Origin: Rhina ancylostomus
Taxonomy: Eukaryota
Assembly (NCBI GenBank): GCA_030265395.1
Contig: JARFYF010000029.1
Location: 25,027,297 to 25,091,296, forward strand
Length of the DNA stretch: 64,000 bases
Direction: 5' to 3'
Below are positions 63,623-64,000 of this stretch, in pieces. Position 1 is the first letter of the stretch. Each line of letters opens with the position of its first letter. The translations under genes and the position numbers were made by a program. The notes beneath the pieces were generated by a model. The model searched no databases and was not told the origin of the DNA. It was given only the letters and a program-made list of their open reading frames with translations.

Positions 63623-64000
63623 TCTATCTTGGGCAGAACACATTGATGCAATCACGAAGAAGGCATGCCATAGACTCTTCATTAGGAATTGAAGAAATTT
63701 GGTATGTGACCAAAGGCTCTTGCAAATTTCTGCAGGTGTATGGTGGAGAGCATTCTGACTGGTTGCATCACCGCCTGGTATGGAGGCTCCAATGTACAGG
63801 ATCAAAAGAGGCTGCAGAGGGTTGGAGCCTCAGCTAGCTCCGTCATGGGCACAACCCTCCCTGCTATCAAGGACATCTTCAAGAGGCACAGCCTCAAGAA
63901 GGTGGCATCCATCATTAAGGACCCTCACCACCTGGGACATGCCCTCTTCACGTTATTACCATCAGGGAGGAAAGTACAGGAGCCTGAAGACCCACACTCA
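63623..64000 (+). mobile_element. Rex1/Babar-like LINE 3' ORF fragment
   Basis: WAEHIDAITKKA...VESILTGCITAWYG...DQKRLQRV...IIKDPHHLGHALF. Confidence 0.8.

Noticed and set aside
1-64000. Prokaryotic-type systems (CRISPR, operons, defence islands)
   Set aside because: The sequence is intron-containing vertebrate DNA with no repeat-spacer arrays or dense coding.

Overview
This is eukaryotic vertebrate genomic DNA, most likely from a cartilaginous fish (V-SINE/HE1-like and Deu-domain SINEs, abundant CR1, Penelope-derived repeats). It comes from a gapped draft assembly. One protein-coding gene is supported: PPP1R3A (muscle glycogen-targeting PP1 subunit GM) on the minus strand. Its four coding exons (25209-25996, 11485-11543, 11253-11377, 2621-5290) have GT-AG junctions in consistent phase and give about 1213 aa with RVxF, CBM21 and a C-terminal membrane anchor. 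A perfect MEF2 site lies about 120 bp upstream of its ATG. About 27 kb further on, a repeat-free CpG-retaining domain (~46.8-54.3 kb) peaks in a CpG island with a plus-strand non-coding first exon ending in GTAAGT. By vertebrate synteny this is probably the distal FOXP2 promoter (inference; no FOXP2 coding sequence is in the window). The rest is decayed mobile DNA (CR1, L2, RTE, Rex/Babar, Gypsy pol, solo LTRs, Harbinger, Penelope, SINEs) plus candidate conserved non-coding elements. The most notable oddities are hammerhead-ribozyme-like cores in Penelope-derived repeats, a ~120-bp-arm near-perfect inverted repeat, co-oriented CTCF motifs, a solo LTR with a 5-bp TSD, and nested insertions. I found no convincing wholly novel system. 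Repeat boundaries are approximate and family names come from motif recognition, not database searches.
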